Below are positions 14,147-27,200 of a DNA stretch of 64,000 nucleotides, one piece after another. The notes beneath the pieces were generated by a model. The model did no database searches, was not told the origin of the DNA, and saw only the letters and a program-made list of their open reading frames with translations. Every line of letters begins with the position of its first letter. Position 1 is the first letter of the stretch. The stretch is from Tubiluchus corallicola (lineage: Eukaryota; Animalia; Priapulida). The translations under genes and the position numbers were made by a program. The stretch covers positions 930,001 through 994,000 of the forward strand of contig JAQGDQ010000006.1 of assembly GCA_030141605.1 (NCBI GenBank), read 5' to 3'.

Positions 14147-14672
14147 CAGTCAACCTCGGATATAAGGGACACCTCCAGACTGGCAAAAATCGTCCCTTAT
14201 AGCCGAAGTTGAGTCAGACCGAGGGTAGCTAGACCTGCGAGCTTTATATGCCTCATCTGGTAGCCTAATGTCCAATGAACCATTTATCGCAAATTCAGTG
14301 CAAATGGTATGTAGGAAGCTCCTTCAGTGATGCGAGATGTATGTATGCGGAAACCAAGTTGTTCGAAGGCAGAGTTTACGAAAAATTGAGGTTAAAAATC
14401 GATCAATTTCGCTTGAGCAACTTTTTCTTTTTTTATATTTTCGTCACGATTTCTCGAGTTTTGACGTTCGGGGTCTCGGCATAGGCTTTTTAGGATGTAA
14501 AAAAGGATGTTTCTATTACGTGGGACCTGAAGATATTTGGTCACTTATAACCGAAAGTCCCTTACATCCGAGTACCTTATATACGAAGACTTATAAGGAA
14601 AAACATTACGAAAAATCGGGACCTGTGTTGGTGGTCCGTTATAAGTGAGTACCTTATACCCGAGGTTGACTG
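14147..14672. mobile_element. Pogo/Tigger-like MITE
   Basis: TIRs TA|CAGTCAACCTCGGATATAAGG and CCTTATACCCGAGGTTGACTG|TA, with subterminal CCTTATA repeats. Confidence 0.88.
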
Positions 14673-17000
14673 TATTTTTCATTTTTTCTGCACATTTCCT
14701 GACACTCCACTGGAATTGCAATAGTAATAGTATATAAAAGCCCAAATTATAACATTTACTAAAAATCATGAATCTAACAAGACACCAGCATTGTATTTTC
14801 ACTGAGCAAACATGCATATACTTTCAGATATACTTTTTCTTACATTTCAGAAATTCAAAAGAAATAATGGTGATGGTATACGTTTTGAGGAACGTGTACG
14901 TAAAAAGTATATGAAGAACTTACGAGGTTTATTGAACTAAAATTGATAGCAGGCACTATTATTAACTTTAAATTCTTAAAAGTTTAAAACGGTTGTTGTA
15001 CAAGAAACACTTTACACTGCAGCAGTAAAAAGGCATATTTCATGCATAACCAATTTTGAATATTGAAATCTTGAATTTTGTAATTTCAAAACAGAATTAT
15101 TTGCCCTGAAGGTAACCAGCTTCTGCTCTGAAAATGACCAATTCATTTGCTCTGGGAGGGTGACCGCTTCCTTGACCTCCGTCCGTGTGCCCTATGCCTT
15201 CATATTGCGACAAAGGAAGATAATAATTTAATATCATACTAATATTTCTATCATAGTTTGCCTTTGCTTTTGGTACATATTTTAAGTTAACTGTAAACTT
15301 AACATATATATTCATGCTTGTAGGTGCAAGCTCATCAAGCATTATTTACAGAAAATTTCGAGCACTTTTTAATGATGTATTTATTGCTGGCGTTTAATTT
15401 CTACAACACTGATGTCATTGTAATTAATTTTATTTGCCTAATAATGATTGTGATTCAGTAGCTTCTTGACTCGCCAACCTAGTTTAGGAGTTTTTTAATA
15501 TCTCAGTCAGAACTTGAATTTAAATATTTTCATTACTTTATCTTTGCAATATTTTCGTGACAAACTTTTACTTTGCTTTAATCAACTGTTACAATGCTCA
15601 AATTAAAAATTCTCCGTTGAGAATTTACGATCACGTTGGAATGGTCTTCAACTACCATTATAATGTTTTTTTCTGCGTTAACATTTGAAGAAGCCTTTGA
15701 GTATCGTAGCTTTTGAGCTTCGAAACATGAACGTAGATCTATTTGTTCACAAGCAATTTTTTTAATTTTGAGTAGTACTTTATTATATTATTAATTTATT
15801 TCTGCAACTTATCACAACTGCAGCGCAACATTGCTAAATTTTACAAAACTAAAATTCTAAACATTTTCATCAAGGTTGTCGCTGTGCTGTAGGTTATTAA
15901 AGGAGGGGGCGTCGAACTCAAGTGCCGCCTCAGGTGCCGCAAGCTTTAGCTGCACCACTGTACGCAAATTTTTAAGAAAAAAATATTTGAGTATCAGCAC
16001 TTCATTAGAACGGCACAAAAAAGCTGGCATTTCAAGTTGAATAGCATTTAATAAACTTTAAAAAAGTCGTGAAATTTGCAAACTGAGTTAAGAAATTTAC
16101 TATGGGAAATGTCATGATTCAAAACCGATGTTGGGATTTCTAAAAATTGTTTATTTCTTACACTAAAAGTCTGTAAAGTTGTTTAGTTCAGACAGAAAAC
16201 ATGCAATCATGGTCTGTATTTTAGACTTTAGGGACATTATTATAATTATTAACGACTTGTGTTCCCAATTTTGATTAAATTCTTCAGCGAATGTGCGGGC
16301 AGAACACTTTTTATAGGTGTAGTCAGCATCAGGTCCTGTGATGATAGAGATAACTGTAAGAATTATAATTGATACATTAATTTTGAAAAAGATTGTATTT
16401 ACTAATGGTGCTATTGTTATATAGATCTGTGATCAGATTAGTCATCATTACCTAATACATCATTTGTTCATTACTTTAATTTAGTAACAATAAGTTCAAA
16501 TAATTTTTTAGCCATGACATACTAACACTTGGCTGGTTTTGTGAGCATTTATGATCTTCTCTCTATAATTACGAGTACAAGTGAGACATTAGAGATTAGA
16601 AATTTGATTCTAGTTGGAAATAGTTTTGTAATGATTATAATGTATTAATGTATCTACATATTTGTGTGATACACCTAATTAACATTAATTTTGAATCTAC
16701 AAATAATTGTGTATGTTTTTTTTGTTTCCATCATACATATTTCTGAAACACATCAGAGAGCATGAATCTGTGTAATATATTAGTGATTTCACCTGGAAAT
16801 GTTATTGTTGCTATTTATTATTAACAGTTGACCATACTGTTTCTTCAGGACGTCAAACTGGGAAGTCTCCATGACAACCAAGGCAGCAGTTCTAGACTGC
16901 AATAAATCTTTGATAGCTCACCAAACTTGACCGTTTGAACTTTCTCATATTAAATATTCAATTCTTTAGAATTTAATAAACCGCTTTTTGAAGACATATT

Positions 17001-17813
17001 ACACACTCCTGGCTAGATTTTCACTCAGCCTTTATACTCTTCATGTACACACTCCTGGCTAGATTTTCACTCGGCCTTTATACTCTTCATGCACACACTC
17101 CTGGCTAGATTTTCACTCGGCCTTTATACTCTTCATGCACACACTCCTGGCTAGATTTTCACTCGGTCTTTATACTCTTCATGTACACACTCCTGGCTAG
17201 ATTTTCACTCAGTCTTTATACTCTTCATGTACACACTCCTGGCTAGATTTTCACTCAGCCTTTATACTCTTCATGTACACACCTGGCTAGATTTTCACTC
17301 GGTCTTTATACTCTTCATGTACACACTCCTGGCTAGATTTTCACTCGGTCTTTATACTCTTCATGTACACACTCCTGGCTAGATTTTCACTCGGTCTTTA
17401 TACTCTTCATGTACACACTCCTGGCTAGACTTTCACTCGGTCTTTATACTCTTCATGTACACACTCCTGGCTAGATTTTCACTCGGTCTTTATGCTCTTC
17501 ATGTACACAATCCTGGCTAGATTTTCACTCAGCCTTTATGCTCTTCATGTACACACTCCTGGCTAGATTTTCACTCAGCCTTTATACTCTTCATGTACAC
17601 ACTCTTGGCTAGATTTTCACTCGGTCTTTATGCTCTTCATGTACACACTCTTGGCTAGATTTTCACTCGGTCTTTATACTCTTCATGTACACACTCCTGG
17701 CTAGATTTTCACTCAGTCTTTATACTCTTCATGTACACACTCCTGGCTAGATTTTCACTCAGCCTTTATACTCTTCATGTACACACTCCTGGCTAGATTT
17801 TCACTCAGCCTTT
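17001..17813. repeat. 46-bp minisatellite, 17 full copies plus one partial
   Basis: Unit ACACACTCCTGGCTAGATTTTCACTC(A/G)G(C/T)CTTTATACTCTTCATGT, head to tail with no spacers; the copy at 17277 lacks 2 bp. Confidence 0.98.
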
Positions 17814-18450
17814 TTATCAGTAAATTTCTAAAACACAAACTCGTCTTTTTAACATACATTCATTTCACTAGTTTCATCATCTTCACAATCATAACTCTAA
17901 TCTGGTTGCAAATACTTCATTAGAATATCTTTTTGCTGTTTAGTGTCTGGCAGCTTTTTTACTGCTCATTTAACAATATAAACTGTATGTGGGCAAAAGA
18001 AGGGAAACCTTTCAGTAATGTCGTAATTTTAGGAAGCCAGGTAAAGCAGAAGTAGAAAGTGTTTTGCTAAGGGAAGAGAGCTCTGTACTAGCGTCGTTTA
18101 ATCATACATTTCTACAGCAAAATAGCACAATTGGTTCATCTTATTTCGTGAAAGTGTTGTGCACCTGCAATTACAAATACACTATGTTATTACTTATGCT
18201 AAAGCTAAACTTAAAATTAACTTCCAGTTTTTGGTGCCCTCGGCAATTGCCTAGTGGTAAAGCCAACCCTGGGTCTGATTCTGTGTTACATAAGTTTCTT
18301 TGCACAACTTCTTGCAATCTTACAAGCCTTTTATATTTTTTTATTTTCACATTCTTTGATCACGCACCCAATGTCAGATGGAACTTTTCCACTTTGGTAT
18401 TCACACTAGGATTTCAAGAACTATCTGTCAGAAACGAAGTAGCGCACTAG

Positions 18451-18547
18451 CCTAAGTAGCACATGCGTTACATGGGCTGGGCCAAGTAGCACATGCGGTA
18501 GATGGGCTGGGCCAAGTAGCACATGCAGTAGATGGGCTGCCCAAGTA
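18451..18547. repeat. 30-bp tandem repeat, about 3 copies
   Basis: Unit GCCAAGTAGCACATGCGGTAGATGGGCTGG. Confidence 0.9.
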
Positions 18548-19871
18548 CTGCAGCAACAGAAATGGAGCTACTTTAAGGCTTTTAAAACATGTTGACCTTT
18601 ACTGTAGTGTCAGTTTTCCTTTTTTGATTTAATAATAATATTAAAATAATGATAAATAATTAATTGTCATTAGGATGAGTAATGTTTGGTCTCCATAATT
18701 AATAGTTTTTAATCTTGTAAAATTTTTAAGCTTATAGCAGCAGGTTGGGTCTAATTATAGGTGCTTACCTCATTGTCAAACATTTTTTCTCTGCATTGTC
18801 AGGCAGTTGAACCATTAATTTACCTCCTAACTAGTATTTTTTAAGTAGAATTACATACTGCTGCTTGGCCCTATCATATACCTTGAGATGATTTGGCAAA
18901 CCAATGCACTTAAATTGCATAATTTTCATTTTGTATTATAATACCAGTAATTAATTCTGCAGACTAATTTTATCAGCAAAAATAACATTAGAACGAAATT
19001 GACCTAGCTACTTTTTCAAGCTAAAGTTTATTATTGGTATTAACGCTACATTACATTACTGTCATTATAATGAGTCGGGCAAGACAAATAATTCAACTTT
19101 TTAGATCGTTGAAATGTACAGTGAACATAAGATAAGACAGTGTTAAAATGCATTAGTTTGCGCTCTACACTGTCTTTATGCTATCCCAGATCGGTAGGCA
19201 TCCAGTATCCAACTGAGCTACAGACAGGTGCAGATAAACAGTCCTTTGCCCTATTATAATTATAGATTCTTGTTCTTGGTTGTTCATAAACATTTTTTGT
19301 TTCTTCACATTTTTTGTAGATAGAAACATGAAATTTGGTACACTCTCAAGATACTGCAAAATAAAAAAATGAGTTAGGTGAACTCTACCCCAGGTTACAG
19401 ATTGAAATCCATAACATTTGATAAGCAATCTTAAAACTGCTCTAAAATGTAGCTGCAACTAGAGAGGGAGACTACAACCTGCTCAAATAAAAAAGTAGAC
19501 AATGTTTACCTCAAAAATACCAGTGGCTAGCTGCTATATGTCTTGAATTCTTACTGTAAAAAAATGGGTCGCCTAAACTATCTCCTCTTGTACATGTATT
19601 ACAAATATATAATTATATCACAAGGATACAAAAATATTAATTATCTTACAATTTTTTTTTACAAATTTCTATTGTCGCTAAACCCTGGCTGAGTTCAGTC
19701 GAATAGTATCATTTCCAAAACCAGCTCTGGTAAATATTGCGTTCGCACAAACAGAAGTTATTGCTTACGTAATTCATGAGGCATAAGACATGCGTACACT
19801 GCTTGGTTTAACAATGCTAACAAAATCAGCATGATGTGGAACGTTTGCCGCTGCTCATCAGTTATAGTAAT

Positions 19872-21149
19872 TTAGTCTTTCAAAATTTGATTTGCAGCAA
19901 AATTGTATAATTCTTTGTTGATGTTTTTCAAAGATGCAATTTCCTGTTCTAATGAAGTCACTCTCTCCTCAGAATCTTGAATGACAATTTGCTGTTCTTC
20001 TGTCTTCAGTTCTGACTTATTTGAAGCTGTCAACTCTTCATAATGTGTAACAAATGGAACAGATGTTTCCAAGGAAGATTCTGTTCTCACATACAACAAA
20101 TCTCTCTCACTGTCATCAGCCATCTGTTTCTTAAATGGTCGAAATGGTAATGGTCGTATTGGCTTGTAACTGGAATTTGCTATACTTGGAGGGGTAGGTA
20201 CTATTAAAGCATTTGTGACTGGACATTTATGGTGAAGTAGACGGAGACACTGCCTACTGCTAGTGTCCCACAAACGAGCTGTACAATCATCTGAACCAGA
20301 AAGCAACATTGTCCCATCCACGGATACTGACAAACATGTCACTCTTTTGCTGTGAGCAATGTAAGTAAATTTTTCATCATCAATTTCGTTACCAGACTGT
20401 AAAGATTGCTGGTATAAATTTGTACGAAATATTCGACCGTCTGCAGCTCCCGCAAATAAACAATACTCAGCCAAGTCTAAAGACACAGAAGTAATTGAGG
20501 CATCATAGACAACAGATAACAGCAATCTCCCTGTTGCAAGTTCATACAATTTACAGGTATGATCAATTGAGGAAGTAGCAACTCTGGCACACAATCCACC
20601 AGCTCCAACATGAATATCTGTGATCGGTAAGGAGTGATGAGCCCAAGAGTACACTGGTTCTACATCAGTAGATTTATCGCAAATTGAATTAAGAATCACG
20701 CCAAGTTGCCAAACTAATACTAGGCTATCATCAGCACCAGATAGGAGATGTGAACAGTTATCTGCGAATTTCAAACACCTTATAGTCTGGAAATGTCTAG
20801 TTAATACAGTTAGGAGCTTTCCCGAACATATCTGCCAAACAAAAACCTTTTCTGAAGCAGCACCAGCACAGTAAGACCCATCTTTGGTTACTGCCAGAGC
20901 TGTTATTGGGCCAGGACAAACAATCTTTTGAAATTGATCTTTCTTGTGAATGTTCCATACGTGTAATAACGGCTTGTTAATTACTGCAGTAATTAAATAC
21001 TCGTTTTTCAGCAAACACAGCGTGCGGGGACAGCAAGTGCCGCCCTTGTAAGTTACCAGCGACGCTCCTGTCTGAATATCCCACACGCAAACATTAAACT
21101 GTAATCCACTTTCTTCACTAGTTAATATGACCTCAGTAGAAGCAGTCAT
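19872..21149 (-). CDS. WDR18: WD repeat-containing protein 18 (Ipi3 homolog, rixosome / PELP1-TEX10-WDR18 complex); single coding exon
   Basis: Intact 425-aa ORF with WD40 repeats and family motifs IVCPG, HFQTIRCLKF, WAHHSLPITD, RVATSSIDHTCK, LSVSVDGTMLLSGSDD, plus a C-terminal coiled coil ending LKNINKELYNF. Confidence 0.95.
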   Translation of the reverse strand: MTASTEVILTSEESGLQFNVCVWDIQTGASLVTYKGGTCCPRTLCLLKNEYLITAVINKPLLHVWNIHKKDQFQKIVCPGPITALAVTKDGSYCAGAASEKVFVWQICSGKLLTVLTRHFQTIRCLKFADNCSHLLSGADDSLVLVWQLGVILNSICDKSTDVEPVYSWAHHSLPITDIHVGAGGLCARVATSSIDHTCKLYELATGRLLLSVVYDASITSVSLDLAEYCLFAGAADGRIFRTNLYQQSLQSGNEIDDEKFTYIAHSKRVTCLSVSVDGTMLLSGSDDCTARLWDTSSRQCLRLLHHKCPVTNALIVPTPPSIANSSYKPIRPLPFRPFKKQMADDSERDLLYVRTESSLETSVPFVTHYEELTASNKSELKTEEQQIVIQDSEERVTSLEQEIASLKNINKELYNFAANQILKD

Positions 21150-21207
21150 GCTGTTTAAATTACTATAGCCTGTAACTGCTTAACGTACCCAGAGAATGTT
21201 ATAGCAC
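21150..21207. promoter_or_regulatory. Putative compact bidirectional promoter region between WDR18 and MCM8
   Basis: 58 bp between the WDR18 ATG (21149, -) and the inferred MCM8 ATG (21208, +, context CACATGGCG). Depends on the inferred MCM8 exon 1. Confidence 0.45.
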
Positions 21208-24200
21208 ATGGCGAGCAGTGAGGGCAGACTTCCTAATTCACATTAAAGGTTTATTTTCTGCAAAGATATTCCATACTGCTACTAAATTGTGCGATTTTTT
21301 TGAATGAACAGTAATGCATGCTTTTCTTCAGCACAAGAATGTATTAACTAGCAAGAAGTTAAGTCTGAACGTAAGACTTCAATGCTTACGTTACCAGCAT
21401 ATTTATATACAACAGTGAAACTTGGGGTTTAACGATTACTGAAGAAAAGCAGATTGACACATTTCATAGAAATCTTCTTGGGAAAGTTTTAAAGATAAGA
21501 TGGCCATACATAATAAAAAATGAAGATTTATGCACCAGAACAAAAGAAATTTATTTTAGTTTAAAAGTCAAGATCCGAAGATTAAGATGACTAGGACATC
21601 TTCTAAGATTACCAAATGAAGCACCAGTAAGAATCGCATTAAAGAAAGCCTTAAACCCTTGCAAAAAACCGCCCTGTAAACCTAAAACAACTGATAGCTA
21701 AGATAAATAAAGATGTTTAACAACTTCAACCAAATCTATCTTTAGAAGTAGAAGAACTTACGCTGTTAGCTGCAGATAGAAGTGGGTAGAATACTCTGAT
21801 AAATGTTGATACCTCAATGCTTACAACAGGTGGAATGAGGTTTTGAAGAAGAAGAAATAAAGAGAAAACAGAAGAGTATCACATAAAAAGGAATGGAGAT
21901 GATGCGTGGAGGAAATATAAATACTTAGGCAGTCTTCTAGCAATAGATGAAGATATATCAAGAAGAAAAATCTTAGTACTAGCTGCATATTCCAAATTAA
22001 CAAAAACTTTTGAAAGTAAGAGGATCAGTTTAGATACAAAATTAAGAATCTTTGCTACACTTGTTGAAACTGTATTTCTCTATAACTGAGAATTATGGAC
22101 AATTAAAGCACAACACGACTCAGAAATTGATGCATTTCAAAGAAGAAACTACAGGAACATTCTAGGAATAAAATGGCCAAAGAAAATATCAAACCAGGAT
22201 CTATGTAATAAAGTCAAGGCAGAGGATAATGGAAGAATGGCTGAAATTTTGTGATCGCTCCCAAATTTACCGAAATTTATCATGTTTTCTATTTTGTTGC
22301 GCCCGATCTCATCCTTAATTGAGTTTATTCGTTTTCGGTGATTTATTTTATTGAAGTTTAAACAAGTAATCTTTTTACGCTAGCAAGTATGGACAAAAAT
22401 CTACTTTGTTTTGTCTGGGCATGTTAATAATGGAATATGCAAATGGCAGATTTTTCAGGTTCCTGGAAATTAGAACAGTGCAACGTTATTTCGAGTTGTT
22501 TATCGTTTTCTCAGTGTGATATTCTCAATTGTTTATCAAGTGATGCCTCCAAAAAGTAATAAAAAAGTAGTACATCTGGGAACACTGCTTCCAGCAAATC
22601 GGATAAATCTCAGTCAGTATTATGTAATGCAAGAAGCTGAGATTAAACAAAACACTAGACCATTACAGTGAGAACGATGCATATTATGGTTTTGTATGGG
22701 TTGTGCTGAACCTGATATGACAGAGGACTTGTATGATGAGCTACAAAAATGTAAACGTGCTCCCATTTCTACTGCACTGAATGTGAATCACTTGCAATGG
22801 CTGCAGTATGCACCGACCACATAGTTGCAGAGAGATGTAAATACTTCCTAGCAGGAGCTGCAGAAATATTATTAGCATTGGAGAAAATTGTTAGTCAGAA
22901 AGCTGATATTACTAGAATTGATAAAAAATAATGAATCGACAGGCTGCTACAACCAATTTTGGCTAAAGATGTAGCTAATCTTTTTGAGCAGATAGAGGTC
23001 ATTGAAAGGGAACCCGATGAAATCTATAAGAGAAGAAAGAATTGTCTGAATTTTGGTTTACCTGAACATGAAAATGAAGCTGATGATAGAAACAAAATCT
23101 TGAATGTCATAAAATCATTAAATATTGAGGTAAACCATACTAAAATACATCGTGTGGGTAAGAAGGTGGACAATTCCAAGTCACCCTGTGCTGCAAAAAT
23201 AGGTATGAAATCTGAAAGTGATAAAACTAAGATCCTCTTAGCAAAGAAAGCTTTGAAAACGTCTAAATACAAAAACGTTTATATTAAACCAAACTACACC
23301 GTACTTCAGCGTCAGCAAGAAAAAACGCTACGAGGAATGGAATCCCAGGGCTAAAAATACAGATCATGATATGTCGGTTAGGGCTAATACAGGACAACTT
23401 GGTGCAATTCTAAAAAATCGGAAGCAGTCGATGCATGTTAGTTTTTCTGATGATGTGCGCTCTAAAGGAGTTAGACCAACTGGTGATTGTAGCTCTGTAA
23501 TCAATTCTAGTACTTGCAATCAGAGTTGTTTTCCACGTATTAGTAGTGATAGTGCCCCAATTACTAGAGTTATAGATGCTAGCTGTAGTCTTTTGACAAA
23601 TCGTAGTCTACATAGTAGTGTAGAAAAGAGTGTTTCTTAAAATATCATGGACCGTATCGAATTTCCTGATTTGCCTCACAATAGGGATGGTATTGGAATT
23701 TCTCTGAATCCTACCAACTTCGCTAATGGTGTTGCAGCGAATATGAATGAGTTTCATCTAAACAATCATCATCAGGCTTTAGCACAAACTTCTCAGTCTG
23801 TAATTGTTACTGCTGGTGTAAGAAATAGTAATGATGAATCAACTACGGTTGCCTCAGATTCTCAAAAATGACAAATTAAGGACTACATGATTTGTCTAGA
23901 ACTGTAAATATTGTAAAAAAACAAGTTGAAATGTTATTATTTTAATGCAAGATGTATCACTAACAAATATTCCGGTATGTTACACTTTTTGAACACTACT
24001 AGTGCTGATTTTGTAGCCGTAATAGAAACATGGCTACATTATGACATTGATTCTAGTGAGTTTGTTCCTAATGGCTATGTGTGCCATTGTTGTGATTGTA
24101 ATAACACTGAGGCTTCAAAGGGTTTTGCAGTCATGATTTTAGTTAAGAGTTAACTTTGTTCTACTATAAGCAGCAACTTCGATACTGATGCCGAATTCTT

Positions 24201-27200
24201 ATGGGTCAATATTTATTCCCATAACAGTGATAAAATGACATTTGGAGTGTGCTATAGACCCCAAATGGCTCCCTTGATAATAATAGGCGTATTTGTAATA
24301 GCATTAGGGATGCAGCTTCATCTTCCTCTTTTTGTGTTATTTTTGGAGAGTTTAATCATCCAAATGTAGATTGGATTAACTATATAGGCTCTACTGAAAT
24401 GGATGAATTGTTTTAAATACAATTCAAGTCTTCTTGAACAATGCGTTATTTCACCAACTCGGATATTAGCATTTTAGATTTATTAATAACAAATGATTAT
24501 AGCAGTATAAATAATCTTGTGGTTGCTGAACCTTTTTCTACAAGTTATCATTACTGCATTTATTTTGAACTGCTGCACAATTACGTAAATAGAAACTTAT
24601 GTTCTTGTATTGTGAAATTGCATAGTAAGACTAATTTTGTAGGTGCTAATCAAGCTTTTTTCTTGGTTACCTGGGAAACAGTGTTTAATAGTAGTGATAT
24701 TGATAAGTGCTGGAAATCATTTGTTTGTACATATATAACCATGTTATAAATAGTTATGTACCTACATTGTGCACTGATGCTGGGTCAAAGGTTAAACCTG
24801 TCTGGCAAAGAGCACCAATTGTACGCCAAGCAGCTAGACAGAAATCTGCAGCATGGAGAAGATTTACTCATTTTCACTCTCATGCACATAAGATGTTGTT
24901 CAGCAGTATTTCAAAACATCTCAAGGACTCATTAATAGAGTCTAGGAAAGTTTATGAGAAGAACCTTGTACAGAGTATAAGAACTAATCCAAAGAAGTTC
25001 TTCAGTTACAGGAAACAATTTATTAAGCCGAAGAAATCCATAGATTCATTGTTACGACCAGATAATGAAGTTTTGCTTAATGACTCCGATAAGGCTGATG
25101 CGTTGAATGACTTTTTCGCTTCAGTATTTAATTTCTCAATGTGGCAGTCTTTCTCCTAGTAATGTAATCGATGATGTCAACTTTTCAATACAGACAGTAT
25201 ATGACTAGTTACTGAAAATTGATGAGACTATAGCGAAAGGTGTTAATGAAGTTCATCCCACCACTTTGAAAAACTGTGCAGAAACACTGACAAAACCAAT
25301 TTTCCTATTGTTGAGGAATTCTATAGATTGTGCTTGTCTTTTTCAGGATTGACGTGATGCTAATGTTTCTCCTATGCCAAAGTACTCACTAATTATCGTC
25401 TAGTATCTTTAACTAGTATTGTTGTTAAGACATTAGAATGTTCAATTCAACAGCCACTTATAGACTTTTGCATGGAAGAAAATCTTATCAGCTGTAGAAA
25501 TAATGGTTTTCAGAAAGGAAAGCAGTACCAACCTTGTGAAAGTTCTTGATGACTGGACATCAGTATGTGATAATTTGGGAAAGGGCATGGACGTGATTTA
25601 TCTGAGCTTCAGCAAAGCATTTGACACTGTGTTGCACACAAGCGACTATTAACTAAATTGCATTACTCAGGCATCAAAGGTAAACTGCTCAAGTGGTTTG
25701 AATTGTTTTTGTCAATTCGTAGGCAACGAATAGTAATCAGCAGAACATCTTCTAGGTGGTACTCTGTTTCTAGCGGCTCTCCGCAGGATCTATACTGGGA
25801 CCCATTTTATTCCTACTCTTCACCAATGATTTGCCAGATTCAGTTACTTCAGAAATTAGTATGTTTGCTGACGACACAAAAATCTATCATCGAATGCTGA
25901 CAATAGAAGATTCAGTACATTTACAGTAAGATTTATTTCATCTGGAAGCCTGGTCTGATAAATGGTTATTACCGTTTAATGCAGATAAGTGTGTTGTGTT
26001 GCAGCTTAAAGCTCAAGTTTCATCACATTGTTATTTGTGATGTTAGCAGTGAGTTAATACATATTTCAGACCATAAAGACCTAGGTGTAATTATATCAAA
26101 TGATTTGAAGGCTACTGCACATATCACCAACGTTTGCAAGAAGGCAGATCGGATGATTGGATTGATTAAAAGCTGTTTTGTTAACCGGGATCCTAAGCAG
26201 GTGTTAACTTTCTACAAAGCTTATGTGCAACCATTATTGGAATATTCTAGTGCAGTATGGTCATCAGCATTACAATTTGACATCAAGAGATTGCTGAAAG
26301 TTCAAGATAGGTGCCTGCGATTATGTTATGCAGCTGATTTGAGATTTGCTCGATCCAACAGAGAAGAGAAACAGCTGACTTGTATAAGGTATTCAAGTAC
26401 ATAAATGGAGACAACCGCTTTAACTTTGATACAGTTTTTTAAGGCTGCGCCTCTGCTGTCCATTTGCGGTTATTCTATGAAACTGTATAAACCTTATGCA
26501 AGAGCCAATTGTAAAAGTTCATTTTTTTCACACCGCATAGTGAACAAATGGAATAGTTTGCCAGAAAGTGTGGTTAGTGCACCGAATTTAAACCTTTTTA
26601 AGGAGAAATTGAGGGCTTCACGATAGTCATGCTTTAAGAAGCCCAAATTATTATGAAAGAAACAAAGATTATGAAAGGAATGGACAGTTAAAATCAAAAG
26701 GAGAAGCTTAAGATGGATAGGACATGTTATACGGCTACACAAATCAGAATTTGATGCATTTCGAAGAAGAAACTATAGGAATTTTTTTGCTATCTTGGTA
26801 CTTATTTCTTTGGATAAGGTATTTTAGGAATAAATTTGCCACATAAAATATCAAACAAGGATCTGTATAACAAAGTCAAGACAGAGGAATGGACAGTTAA
26901 AATCAAAAGGAGAAGATTAAGATGGATAAGACATGTTATACGACTGCCAGATGACAGCCCGTTAAAATTAGCTTTCAAAGTAGGACTGCAGCTAGAAGAA
27001 AGTAGGAAAGAAACTACAAGGAGGACAGCTGCTAACTTACATCAATTTCATCCAAAAAGATCTTTTCAGCACACCATTAGATATTAACAATACAGAAACA
27101 TAGCCATATGAGAAGTTGTGGTTGACAGGGCAGCATGGTCTAAAGTGATAGCAAGGGCCATGTCAGAGAACGTGTGACTCCAGAGATGATCATTTGAATG

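Noticed and set aside
17001-17813. CRISPR-like array
   Set aside because: Units are contiguous and near-identical with no unique spacers, there are no cas genes, and the context is eukaryotic.
19840-19870. Hammerhead-like CTGATGAG..AAAC in the WDR18 3' UTR (minus strand)
   Set aside because: The conserved GAAA lacks its G, and I found no complementary stem I or stem III.
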